Shown here: piece after piece, positions 11,730-24,755 of the stretch
Numbering within the stretch: position 1 is the stretch's first letter
Layout of the letters: each line of letters begins with the position of its first letter
Source: Octopus vulgaris
Lineage: Eukaryota
Direction of reading: 5' to 3'
NCBI GenBank assembly: GCA_951406725.2
Contig: OX597816.1
Coordinates: 6,510,001 to 6,574,000, forward strand
DNA length: 64,000 nucleotides
The notes under the pieces: model-generated
Told to the model about the DNA's origin: nothing
Seen by the model: the letters and a program-made list of their open reading frames with translations, nothing else
The model's database searches: none
Made by a program: the position numbers and the translations under genes

Positions 11730-12370
11730 GTTTCTAATTTTGGCACAAGGCCGGCAGTTATTTAAGGGAAAGTAGAAATTAATGACATCAACCTAGCACT
11801 TGACTGAAACTGTATTTTATCGACCTCGAAGATATGAAAGGGGCAAAGGCGGCCTCGGCGGTATTTGAATTCAGAACGTAAAGCCGGAAGAAATGCCGCT
11901 AAGCATTTTGTCCAGAATACTGAAGATTTTACCAGCTGGCCGACTTGAGAGCAAAGTCGATCTCAGCGGAATTTTAAAATCGGAGTACAGGGGATCGGAA
12001 TAAATACCACAAGATAATTTTGTCTGATGTCCTAACACAGTGGTTTTCAACCATTTTCGCCTGTGGACTCCTTTGATTCTTATTTTTACTCTATTGGACA
12101 TCCATAGCCACTGGCTGTATATATTTTTTTAAATCCCATTATGGTCTTATAATTAAATATTATTAGTAATTGTATAAAAACAATTGTTAAAACATTTTGT
12201 GTATTGTAGAAATATAACCAAATTATTACAGACAAATTTTAACAAAATCTCATATGAACTCCCAAGGGTCACATGAACTCCCAAGGGCAACATGAACTGC
12301 CAAGGGCCACATGAACCCCCAAGGGCTACATGGACCCCGGGTGAGAACCACTGTCCCAACAATTCTGCCG
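11730..12370 (-). mobile_element. Old SINE family M copies, the second interrupted by a hAT MITE
   Basis: ggcacaaggcc, ttttatcgacc, gaattcagaacgtaaag and gctaagcattttgtcc motifs. Confidence 0.65.
12038..12353. mobile_element. hAT-superfamily MITE
   Basis: TIRs cagtggttttcaacc / gggtgagaaccactg and an 8-bp TSD tcctaaca / tcccaaca. Subterminal ~19-bp tandem repeats (catgaactcccaaggg) lie at 12251-12338. Confidence 0.88.
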
Positions 12371-12726
12371 AGAATGAGATTCAGTACCAATAGTTCTTGC
12401 GATCTGCCCACGAATTGAGAGGCGAAGCAGTTGGTGGTCGGTCAGAACTACTGTAATATGGCGCCGGTAGAATGTTCAAAGAATTGCTAGTCCGTGTTAA
12501 GAAGTAATGGCATTAATGTTTATTATCCGGTTTGGAGGAATGAAATTCAATATTGATGAGGAGAGAAGAAGCTTTGGAAAGGTGACATGCTGCCAAAGAG
12601 TTCAGAAAAGTAAGAAAGGTTTTAGTAAAGGAAAGTACAATATATGGGGAAATAACATGTCGGTAGAGGCCGGCTTAGTTGAGTCAAGATTTATGAATCA
12701 TTCAGATAAATACTTAATCTACACAG

Positions 12727-12854
<128 letters not shown>

Positions 12855-13730
12855 CAGTTGGTTTGATCAGATAACTGGTAGGCATCATTAATGGAAACGG
12901 AGTTAATTATTAACACACAAGTGCAGGAGTTCATTTCGAGTTGCATCGTAGCGGCTGCTCCCTAATTAAATATTCCGTTCTATGTTAACAGGATTGGAAA
13001 AAATTAAAAAGATAATGAACAAGATAAAAGGATAATCCACCGCCCATACGCCATCAAATATGCACAGATGAGTCCCTTTGGCAAACATTAAATATTTCTC
13101 ACTTCCTCACTGGAATGGGAGCTGATTAAAACGAGTTTTACGACAGCAATTTTAAAAAAGGGCCGAGAGTGAACGCTGGCAAATTCGGTCGACTAATGAG
13201 TAACGGTCAAAAGTTAGTCATTATTATTCTATTATCGATGCACGTCTATGATTAAGACATTTAGTTATCCAGCTCTATGTTTCATCGTCTAAAATATGGG
13301 CATATAAGAAAATTCGTTAGCTTGAATTTCTTCTATAAAGCCAAACTTGAAAAATAAAGCAAGTACACATTCTAGTACTCTAATACTCCTGTACTCAGTT
13401 ATAAACCAGAGGCAAAGATGTTGCTTGGGACAAGCGGTGTGCGACAGATTAAACTCCGTTTAAAGTTATCACACACGAACATCATCATACATCACCTGGT
13501 GGTTATCTTAAGTTATCAAAGAGTATTCCATGATGAAGGGAACATAGATGCGTATTGAAGTCAACGAAGAAACGTTCAATTATCTGGAAGCGAAATCGTG
13601 ATAATAACATCTTAAGTATAGATATATCTGATTCTACACATATTAATTAGCTCTATGGCAAGCTATCGAGTACTACCATAGCATTCACATTCGGATATCA
13701 ATCAAAGCGCGCACGCATGCGCACACACAT

Positions 13731-13874
<144 letters not shown>

Positions 13875-13979
13875 CAAATAGACAGGCAGGCAAGCAAGCA
13901 GGCAAGCACAGAGACAGGCAAGCACAGAGACAGACAGACAGACAGACAGACGGACGGACGGACAGAAAGACAGACAGAC

Positions 13980-14092
<113 letters not shown>

Positions 14093-14541
14093 TGTTTCTT
14101 TATTAGCCACACAGGGCTGCACACAGATAGAACAAATTACAAGGTAGAGCTTTTCTTTTGAAGGTTTAAGAAAAAAAAAAAAGGAAGGGGGAGTTTCGAT
14201 CAAAAGGGATCGTAAAAGGAGAGAAAGAGGACAAAAAAAGGGGGGTTTAAAAAAAGGGGGGAGGAAAAAAAATTGATCAATAGGGATCGTTATCACAGAA
14301 ATGTCAATATGAAGTGTAAAGGGGAGGACAGGTGAGGTTTACCCGTGCAAAGAAAAGCCTACGGAAAAGACCACGGTAACCTCGGTCAATGATGTCACAT
14401 TTTATATTTCTTTTTTTTTTTTTTTTTGCAAATAAGCAACTCTCTGTTTTCGATTTCTGGGTTCATAGGACTATGCTCAAGGTGGCTTCGTCATTCATAC
14501 GTGCCATTCTTGCTACATTCACCCATCTTTTTTTAAAACAT
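14093..14541 (-). mobile_element. 3' end of an L1/Tx1-like LINE inserted in (GATA)n
   Basis: The minus strand reads CFKKRWVNVARMARMNDEATLSIVL* (F..RW terminal motif), followed by a 3' UTR ending gtggctaataaagaaaca into (ATCT)n. A related piece lies at ~45030-45082. Confidence 0.6.
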
Positions 14542-14636
<95 letters not shown>

Positions 14637-14868
14637 GGCGGCAAGCTGGCAGAAACGTTAGCACGCCGGGTGAAGTGCTTAGTGGTATTTCGTCTGCCGT
14701 TACATTCTGAGTTCAAATTCCGCCGAGGTCGACTTTGCCTTTCATCCTTTCGGGATCGATAAATTAAATAACAGTTACGCACTGGGGTCGATGTAATCGA
14801 CTTAATCCCTTTGTCTGTCCTTGTTTGTCCCCTCTATGTTTAGCCCCTTGTGGGCAATAAGGAAATAA
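14637..14868 (+). mobile_element. SINE family M, full copy, tail A
   Basis: ggcggcaagctggcagaaacgttagc ... ttagccccttgtgggcaataaggaaataa. Confidence 0.92.
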
Positions 14869-14876
14869 GATAGATG

Positions 14877-14946
<70 letters not shown>

Positions 14947-15227
14947 GATAAGAAACAGAAAATGGAATTCACGAGATTCTTTATACAAAGCCACTACAAA
15001 TTTTTCGATGCATCCTGCATCTGTACCTCACAGATGAGATGCTGTTAATCAATGGTGCAGATTGCACCTCCTCTGGAATTCCTGAAGGGAATCCAGTAGC
15101 ATATGCATCACTACTGATGCTGACATCAGGTAGCCAACAACTGTGAACGTGCTTTACACAGCATCCTACAACGTTTATGCCCGAATTTGATTATAATTTT
15201 CACTATATATATGGTGGAGGTTGTGCC

Positions 15228-15717
15228 TGTCGTTATTCAGCTTTATTTCAAGATTTCTTTTCAATAGAGGAAGAAATGGTTTCTAACCTAGATCCAAGGC
15301 TCTTTCATTGGAATTTCAGCATCAAGAAGAGGGTAGTTTTGTGTGTATGTATGTATGTATGTATGTATGTATATGTGCAGATTTGTATGTTTTGTTTTAT
15401 GTATGTCTTCTCATGCATATAGTTGCATATCTAGCCATGCTCATATATATCTAAAGGATAAAATTCTGGAAAGTTTTACAGATTTTTACAGTTCCAATGA
15501 TGAATGGTATCTGTAGTCTTCAAATTAGCTTTCTCTTTTCTAGTTTTGAGAAGCCTAATTTCTCAAGATTGGTATTTAAGCAGTGTGTTGCGTATTCCAG
15601 GGTCCCAATAATTACAGGTATAAACCGGAACTTGTAATCTGTATAGAGTAACTGCAGATTCCTCAATAGTTCATCATAGGTGCTCTTTTTCACTAATCTT
15701 CAGCTTTATGTTAACAT
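15228..15717 (-). mobile_element. 3' fragment of a second RLE-type (R4-like) LINE family, abutting (TACA)n
   Basis: The minus strand reads VNIKLKISEKE/TYDELLRNLQLLYTDYKFRFIPVIIGTLEY...GTVKICKTFQNF, an RLE C-terminus with a frameshift and a stop, followed by a probable 3' UTR. Confidence 0.75.
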
Positions 15718-15730
15718 GTATGTATGTATG

Positions 15731-15764
<34 letters not shown>

Positions 15765-15890
15765 TGTATGTATGTATGTATGTATGTATGTATGTGTGTA
15801 TGTATGTATGTATGTATGTATGTATGTATGTATGTATGTATGTATGTATGTATGTATGTATGTGTGTATGTATACATGCATGTATGTATT
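15716..15890. repeat. (TATG)n microsatellite
   Basis: Read directly from the sequence. Confidence 0.97.
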
Positions 15891-16661
15891 TGTGTGATAC
15901 AGTTAATTGATTTATGAGGGATTATCCTGGTTTTGATAATCTCACTGCCAATTTTCAGGAATGCAGGAATGGAGAATTATAATTTTTTCTTTTTCAGTTT
16001 ATATTTTCATTTCTCAAATTTTTTCACTGTTATTTTCATGGATTGTATATGTAGTAAATTATAATTCACGAATTGTAATTCACGAATTATAATTCACGTG
16101 AATTATAATTCAAGTCAATCTGCTTAGAAATTCCTTTTAGTACTTTTTTCTTCTCTTTAGTTTGTGACGCGCGCTAATTAGCACATTAATTACTTCATCA
16201 TTTTTATCTGTCTTCCGCATCAGTATATATCTCGTCGTCTATGTGCGTGTGCGACAGTGACCGCTGGACTGAGTAGTGGCTGCCTTCACATCTTACAGAC
16301 CAACAAAAGCTATGTCTGTAGAAGTCTGTCGTGTGAAAGAATAATTAAAAAAGAAGCATTAAACAATTACCAAGCCATATGAATTATACATTTTGTGGAA
16401 ACAAAAAATATTATCTGCTGACTTATTCTATTACTTTGTGTTCATCCTTTCCTCTTTTCCTCATCATGTGTATTGACTGGAGGATTTAAAGTCTGGTTTA
16501 TTCTGTATTTATTATTGTACTTGTGATATGTAAACACACCTACTGGTATAGGTATAAATTCGTGATAATATCAGTTTTCTGTTGCAAATGTATTGTATAC
16601 AGGATTCTGATGAGCTGGAATTCAATTGTACCGATGTAATGATGCACCTTGTGTCTATAGT

Positions 16662-16714
<53 letters not shown>

Positions 16715-17534
16715 TATAGCAATACACTTGAGTTCGGACGTTGATGAAACAATTGTAAATGTATGTAATAAAACAATTTACTCAATCGACTCCCATTGTT
16801 AATAATTATATTCTTCGGATATTACGGGTTTTCGGAAATATGATCAGTAAAATATCCGCCGCCGATTTATAGTCATATCCGATAGCCGATAGCCTGTGCC
16901 TGTTGGCGTGGGGGATGGAGGTGTGCGTATCTGCATGTATATATAAAGCAGAAGATAATTACGTTTATAGTTTCATAAACATGCAGTAGCATGTATGCCT
17001 ATGTGCGTATGTTGTATATATAATTTGAATGTCTATTTATATATATTCATGCTAAAGTATATATTTAAATACATGTTACAACGCCTCTAGTTTATATTAC
17101 ATTTTTATATAACTCTATATACCATTGAAAAAAATATTTTATATCATTGGTTATTGAATTATTTTTCAAAAGCCAGAAACTCTCAGATCTTCCACTTCCG
17201 CTTCGATCAATAAACTTGCAGACATTTTCTTCAAAAGAATTCTACCAGATATCCAAACATGTTTGTTATTTGTTTCATCAAAGAAATAAGCAAACTTTCA
17301 CTCGTTTTCAACATGCAATCTACTTTTTTTCTTCTATATTTTCACCGTTCGATAGACGTTCACCTGGTTTGACATATGGTGGTTATGTGTGAATAACAAT
17401 TTATATGACCGTACTAGGTCTTTTTTCATAGCAACACAAATTAAACGCGCGCTTAACAAAATTATTAACGTCGGAATGTATAATAGAAATAATACATTTC
17501 TAAATCTCTGAGAGAGATTTATGCAGCAGCAGCA

Positions 17535-17731
17535 CGATAAAGTGATAGCATGTTGTCAACTTAATGTGACAGTCCCATGAAAGGGAAGAATGCTACTGTT
17601 ATTTAGCCCTAGGACACAGGAAATGTGTCAAGTCCAACAGGATACGGTGTTTCCCAAGGCTAAATAACAGTAGCATTCTTCCCTTTCATGGCACTGTCAC
17701 ATTAAGTTGACAACATACTATCACTTTGTCG
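17535..17731. repeat. Near-perfect hairpin/MITE, ~80-bp arms
   Basis: aaagtgatagcatgttgtcaacttaatgtgacagtcccatgaaagggaagaatgctactgttatttagcc and its reverse complement match with few mismatches. Confidence 0.92.
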
Positions 17732-19117
17732 GAATGTATTTCGAAATTTTGTCCGTTAATTGGGAAGAAAAAACACAACAACATTTCCTCTTTAATAATA
17801 CTGGAAATGTTGGAAAGTGAGCAGCTAGAATCTGATGTGGATATAGGTTAAACTAAGTGGGAAAAGTATTCAGTGGCTGAGAAGCAGAAGTGACTGAGTC
17901 GTATTACCTAAATTTAAGATACACCGCTTTCACGAGAGCTCGTTTGGTACAGAATCATAAATGATAAATCCTCTGTTGAGATGTCCTCTAATACAAGAAC
18001 CACGCACGTCTGCCGACTTCACGATCTACAAAGAAAATGCAGTAAGAATTTGTTGGGCTTCGGTTAAACAAAATTTATTTGTATGTGAAGCATACGATAA
18101 AAATATTAGTATTGAAGTTCCTGTTACCAGCTTCAGTGAAAAGTATTTGGTGTTATTGTTATCGTTTCTGTGTTAATATCTCAGGGTTTTTTTTAATGTT
18201 GTATGTTGATTGTAAACTGGATATTAAAGTTCAATGCAGATTCACCCAGGGCCTCTTCTATCGCATTAAAATCATTAAGATCGATTGGTACGTTTTAAAG
18301 ATCACATATACAATTACAACAGAATTTCTATGGTATAGAAACACAGCTGAGTATTCAGTTCCTCAGCCAAATACAGAAGATTTCGGTTACATAGTAATAC
18401 GACTGAATATCCATTTTTACCATTCCATAACCATTCTTCCGTGTTCATTTGTCTTTTAACTACAACTTCTCATCCACCAAAACAACCATTTGCCACTCCA
18501 TTTTCTTTCTTTTTTTCTGCTACTTTCAGATTATTTCACCGAGACTGATCTTATTAATAATCTAGAGCGACCTTCGCAATTTTTAAATCTAATCTGTACA
18601 GTTACCACATTCAAAATCCCAACACAATTTCTTTTCCTTGTTCTTTGTCGTCGTCTCTTTTTCCCTATTAAAACTACGTTACTTCCTTAATGTTCGTCAT
18701 CTCTTCGGCAAATATTTTACACTAAGATAACGTATAGTTGATTTGCAATGCTCTTCAGAAAGGCATAAACATCACAACCTCACGTTCAGTGCTCAAATCT
18801 TAACATTTTCTCTATGTGTAGTCAACTAAAATAAACATCACATTTAAACTGACAAAGATAACTTTTAAAATAACAATTAAAATTTTCATGAAATTAAAAT
18901 CTGTATTTACTTTATAATTAATCTTAGGTTTTTAAAATTGCTTTTCACTGCCACCCTCCCACCCGATACCACGAAACTCCTTTTTCCAAGACTTAGAATT
19001 ATATTTAATATTTCCTGCTTCCATCTTTTGCTTTCATTCTGAGTTCGCTGTTCACTTTTTAAATTTATTTTAGTTTTAACTTTGTTAATTACAAGTTTAA
19101 TAATATATTAGTAAACG

Positions 19118-19310
19118 TTTAATCGCTGGCAAGGCAACAGTATTTCGTTTTATGACCATAATACACTATTAAAGATATTATAGTTTATTAAATCAATACT
19201 GTTTTCTACCGTGTCTTAACGGTGTTTTAAGTATTGACTTAAACCTATAATATATTTGATAGCGTATTATGGTAATAAAACGAAATACAGTTGCTTTGTC
19301 AGGAATTAAA
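19118..19310. repeat. Imperfect palindromic MITE-like element bounded by TTAA
   Basis: ctggcaaggcaacagtatttcgttttatgaccataatac mirrors gtattatggtaataaaacgaaatacagttgctttgtcag. Confidence 0.85.
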
Positions 19311-21553
19311 TATGAATATCTTTGCCAGCAATATGTTTAACATGCAAATTGGTCTATCTGATTAAACAAGTAGGTATTTAAACAATATTTTTGTTGATAG
19401 ATGATGGATAAGATGAAGGATGAGGTACTGATGTGAGGACAATAATCCTCGAAATATGCATATACACCTTTTACCTATTTTTCTGTCTTCGATCGCATTG
19501 TTTACGTAGACGTGTTTGTTTACGAAACGTTACAACTTATAGTGTTGGCTCTGAATTTTATAGAATAACTACAGAGATAACCTTAAAAATTAGTAAATTC
19601 GTCGACTCCCTCAAATCACAGACCATAGTCAAGAATGTTTACAATTATTTTTTAATAGTAATGATTATAATACACCAATTTATAAACGGGACATTGGAAA
19701 CTGTTTCTTCACAAGATAGTTTTCCTTTCCCAGCTAAAATTTTTGTTTCTTATTTCAAAGAAATCAAAGTTTCTTGAAAAATGTTGAGAGTACTGATGAG
19801 TGGGATGTAATATTACTGCAAATTGAACCCTTCCCCCCCCCCCCCCTTCGCTTTACCGCTACCATTAATGTGCTTGAATTTACAACTGCATCTCATTTCC
19901 ACTCTGGTAAAAGTTTTCCTGCCGTCTACATTCAAAGCTCGACCAAAGAGATAAATTTTATTTCAATTGTAGAACGAGAAATAATCTCAAGAATCGGGTC
20001 TGCGAATTAATTTTAATTTCTGGATAAAGCCAGTAATTCTCATGAGAAACGCCTGTCTGTTATAAAACTTCGCCATCCTTAATCTATAAATCTTTAGAAA
20101 CCAATATTTCTTGACTAGTCTCGATCCTAAATTTCTTTATTTACTTGCTTCGTCGTTTTGTTGGGGCATTTCCGCATTATATTGTTAGGGAATTTCAGCA
20201 TTGCATTGCTAAAAGTTACCTGTGTCAGTTTAAATATGATGTTTATTTTAGTTGTCTACGCAGAGAGAAAACTATAAGATTTGAGCGTTGAATGTGAGGT
20301 TATGATGTTTATGCCTGAAGAGCATTGCAAATCAACCATACGTTATCTTAGTCCCGCATTATAATTCGTCTCTATTACAGTTTTTTTAAACAGCTCCAGT
20401 GAGACCATCTTGAGGTTTTTGCCCATCTCTTGCCATAGTCCTGATGATGAAAGATAAATAATGGACGATGTTTTGGGGGAGTTGTGTGTGAAAATGTATG
20501 AAATGCTATCTCAGTAATGACTACTTCCTATCTCATTATATTGATCAATAAGGTTGGTGAAGTAGCACAGCCGTTAGAACATGGGATAAAATTACATACG
20601 ACATTTGTTCCGGCTGTCTGCACTCTGAGTTCCGCCAAGCTCAGTTTTGCCTTTCGTCTTTCAAGGGTCGATAAAGTACCCGTGCCGTACTGGGGACGGC
20701 AATTATTATTCTCTCTCTCTCTTTCTCTCTTTCATTTTCTTTCTGGAAAAATCGACAGACTGGGGTGGAGTCCGCCAGGTTTAAAATACCTAAGACACAC
20801 CGTGTGTCATGCCACTCACCCTACGAGCCTCTCATGAGTTGAGTCCCCAAGAAAAATGAATCATGAAGCGAGTTCTTTAACTGAGCAATTTACTATTCTC
20901 GAACCAATGCACCGATTCATTATGGACCAGGAAAACGATGGTGCCATTTTATTAAGAGAGATGCATATATATTTTATCAGCTGTATTTTTGTTTCTTTTG
21001 ACGAGTAACATTCAGTAAAAGTGACTTGTTTTTCATAAACATTCATACAGATTTTAGAGAATTCCATCAAACTCTACGACTAAAATCACGTTTCATTTAG
21101 AAGTTGCATTATATTTAGCCCAAGGCAGGCAACGTTAGAAGAAAAAAATAATCTGAATTCCTGACTTTTTCGAATCATTGAATAATAGTTGATTGACTAT
21201 AGTGATTACCCTATGGGCCTTCAGATATTGATCAGAAATTGAAGAAAAACACAAAAATCCAAACTTTGCTGGAGAAGCTAGTTACAAATAAGATCAGAAC
21301 TAAATGCCAGTATTATGTTCTTTGAAACGGGAAGGGTTTATCAATAAAAAAAAGCAAATAAATCTGCATTTTAGTGTGTTTGATGTGTGTTTCGTTTTTA
21401 CAATAATATTGCTTCCTGGATCTTAGTAAACGTGCTTGAGGTAATATGATTTTTTTTTATACATCACGTGTTATTTTCTTCATAGACATGGAATATTTAC
21501 ACGACTTTTTGAAAGCGTCAGGTCTGGGAATGATGTATATTAAAGTGGAAAAA

Positions 21554-22031
21554 GGCGGCGAGCTGGCAGAAACGTTAGCACGCCGGGCCAAATGCGTAGC
21601 CGTATTTCGTCTGCCGTTACGTTCTGAGTTCAAATTCCGCCGAGGTCGACTTTGCCTTTCAACTTTTCGGAGTCAATAAATTAAGGACCAGTTACACACT
21701 GGGGTCGATATAATCGACTTAATCCGTTTGTCTGTCCTTGTTTGTCCCCTCTATGTTTAGCCCCTTGTGGGTAGTAATGAAATATATATTAACGTGGAAA
21801 AAGGCGGCGAGCTGGCAGAAACGTTAGCACGCCGGGCCAAATGCGTAGCCGTATTTCGTCTGCCGTTACGTTCTGAGTTCAAATTCCGCCGAGGTCGACT
21901 TTGCCTTTCATCCTTTCGGGGTCGATAAATTAAGGACCAGTTACGCACTGGGGTCGATCTAATCGACTTAATCCGTTTGTCTGTCTTTGTTTGTCCCGGC
22001 TGTGTTTAGCCCCTTGTGGGTAGTAATGAAA
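21554..22031 (+). mobile_element. Two tandem full-length SINE family M copies (249-bp period)
   Basis: The flank tatattaa(a/c)gtggaaaaa occurs before, between and after the two copies. Confidence 0.93.
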
Positions 22032-22255
22032 TATATATTAACGTGGAAAAACTATTATGCAAATAGTTATCAGTTTATATTTTTCTTCAGTGTAGGATAG
22101 ATTTGGAACATATAACGAACTCAGTCAAGGGACTCCTTAGTCTCTTTATCAATCATGTTAAGCAACACAACATTTTTCATCTAATCATTATAAAATATAT
22201 CAATTTCCATGTGGTGATAATTGCACTTCGCAGTCAGTTTGTTTATATAAATTTA

Positions 22256-22651
22256 CTAGCAGTATCGCCCGGCGTTGCTCGGGTTTGTAAGGGAAATAAC
22301 TATATAAGCATTTTTAGAGATGTAAAGTATAATAGCCATCTCAATATGGTTAACCAAAAGGGGGGTGTGTTACTGTAGCTTTTTACGTTCTGAGATTTAA
22401 TAATAAATTTTTAGAGAGTTACTTCCCTTATATATGCCAAAAATGCATTAAAAATGGGAAAAATTTATGGTAAATTTTTTTTTAAATCGTAGACTCATCG
22501 TAGACGCGCGATAATACCCAGAAGGGTTCGATATGAATCACGACTATAAGATACCCGGTTTTGGTTAAACTGCACCGCAAAATGTGGGAGTAGTTAGGAA
22601 TCTAAATCGTAGGAGACAGACAGCACACAACCTCTCTTTTATATATAAAGA
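22256..22651 (-). mobile_element. Non-autonomous Helitron, copy 2
   Basis: Reverse complement of copy 1, with A|TC...hairpin...CTAG|T. Confidence 0.9.
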
Positions 22652-22997
22652 TTAATGACGTAATCGGATAAAGGATGAATTCTATTTTTACTTCGAAACC
22701 ATAAGATGTGGTCAATAATCATTTTTGTTCTTCGAAATAATCATTTTGTCTAACAGCGTCGATGTTAATGTGAATACTCCGAATTTACAAGAGGCAATCT
22801 ATCACTTCTCCAATAATCAGGAAACATTCAAAATATTGCGTAAACATTTATAGAATGAATCATTGAAAAGCATATTAATTCTAGGTGGAGAATTGAAACC
22901 CGTTGAGGAGCCATATGATCACGACAACCGAAATATTTTCTATGATGTGTAATTATTGCTCTATACTCATGTTCAGTAATTACTTGACAATAATTAT

Positions 22998-23333
22998 CCT
23001 TTACTTGTTTCAGTCATTTGACTGTGGCCATGCTGGAGCACCGCCTTTTGTCGAGCAAATCGACCCCAGGACTTATTCTTTGTACGTCCAGTACTTATTC
23101 TATCGGTCTCTTTTACCGAACCGCTAAGTTACGGGGACGTAAACACACCAGCATCGGTTGTCAAGCTACGATGGACTTCTTTCAGTTTCCGTCTACCAAA
23201 TCCACTCACAAGGCTTTGGTCGGCCCGAGGCTATAGTAGAAGACACTTGCCCTAGGTGCCACTCAGTGGGACTGAACCCGGAACCATGTGGTTGGTAAGC
23301 AAGCTATTTACCACACAACCACTCCTGCGCCTA
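22998..23333 (-). mobile_element. CORE-like tRNA SINE (family C), internally deleted
   Basis: Head ggcgcaggagtggttgtgtggtaa, core gggcaagtgtcttctactatagcc and tail gtcaaatgactgaaacaagtaaa. Confidence 0.88.
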
Positions 23334-24755
23334 TGTACAGAAAATAATTACGCTAATTCTGTATGAGGAATTATGTTTAGATTTTTTGGTGAAGAAACAG
23401 AGAGTAGAGAGTTAAATATAAAAGGCTTTACGACTGCCAGTATTTGTTAGGACTTCCTTCGTCCTGTAGTCAAAGCTTCTGAATAACTCATCACCTCGAT
23501 GAGGGGTAGCAGGAAAGATGACAAAGGTTCTTCCCTAATTTCCACAATCTATGACAAAAACACTTACGTTTAGTTCTTATTACTCTTGAAACCCTCGATT
23601 TCCGGTAAATCTCTGATCAAAATCTGGCTGGAAGACAAACGAAGCAGTTCTAAGGTCAACTGAAATTTTCTTGAAATATGAAACAAATCCTTCACAAGTA
23701 GAAGCCCTTCCTGCCCGACTTTAACTTTGGTGGTTTCACTTGGCAAAGCGGAAGACCAAAAATGGCTTGAATGTCATAACATGCCGACGGGAAATAACAT
23801 CACGAGGTGAGACAAGCTGACACTGAATTAGCTTCGCTGATTGACAGGTGACGGTCGTTTAGAGAATGCATGGGCTAAGCCTACGCGCCTTCATTGGTCA
23901 GTTAAAGTTGACACAGTGTCACGTGATAACTTGCTGGAGCTACTTGCTGGAGCCTAGCAGCAGGTATTTAAAGGGAAAAAATTTGACAAGTCAGTCAGTC
24001 GCCCGCTGACACTCGTTGACGCTACATCGAAGAGGCCAGGGAACAGAAGAAAGAAGAAGAAAGAAGACATGCACCCAACACCAGAGCTGAAGACACCTCT
24101 GAAAGGGAGGGGCGCAACGTCAAAACGGTAGAGGAGTAGGGGCCGAAACCGGACGTGGTTCCTCCTGATGATGTCTCGAGCTAACTGGATCCTATAAAGG
24201 AGCTGTTGTGGTAGCAGACCACGAAACACGGTTGTAATTCCTTCCTGCGGTGGATAAACACACTCAGCACCACCAGAAGATAAGAAACAAGGGGGTATTT
24301 GCAAGTCTCGTTTATAATCCAAGTGAGAGATGAAGAATTAGGACGAATAATCATTAAAATATCCACAGAAAAGGAGGAGAAAGTCATCACCATCTGGTTT
24401 AATGAACAACCATAAGCAAGTATGCTTGGGTGGATGGATGGATGAATTAATTTCCTTAATAATCTTCATACGTCTTTATACATTATTGCATTTCCTTTCA
24501 TAATAGAGATGCACTGAATTCACCCATTATAACGCCTCTTCCTGCTCACAATAACTGCGATGGCTATAATTAATATCATAATTAAAAGTTATAACGAAAT
24601 TTGATGAATGCAGCGTAAGAAAGTCACGAATTCCTGATTGATGTATTTCAAGCCTGTTTCTCTTTTTTCGTATCATTTTCTCTTTTACAAAGAGTTCTAT
24701 ATTTCGGAAAGCGTTTCAATTCAGTTATTACATTAGACTCATACATTCATAAATA

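Noticed and set aside
16160-16375. Solo LTR (TG...CA with TATA-like and polyA-like motifs)
   Set aside because: No TSD and no second copy.
17850-20010. Host exons in the unique-looking stretch (ORFs 18079-18459 and 19433-19777)
   Set aside because: No recognisable domain, AT-rich codons and no consistent splice pattern. Small exons cannot be excluded without RNA data.
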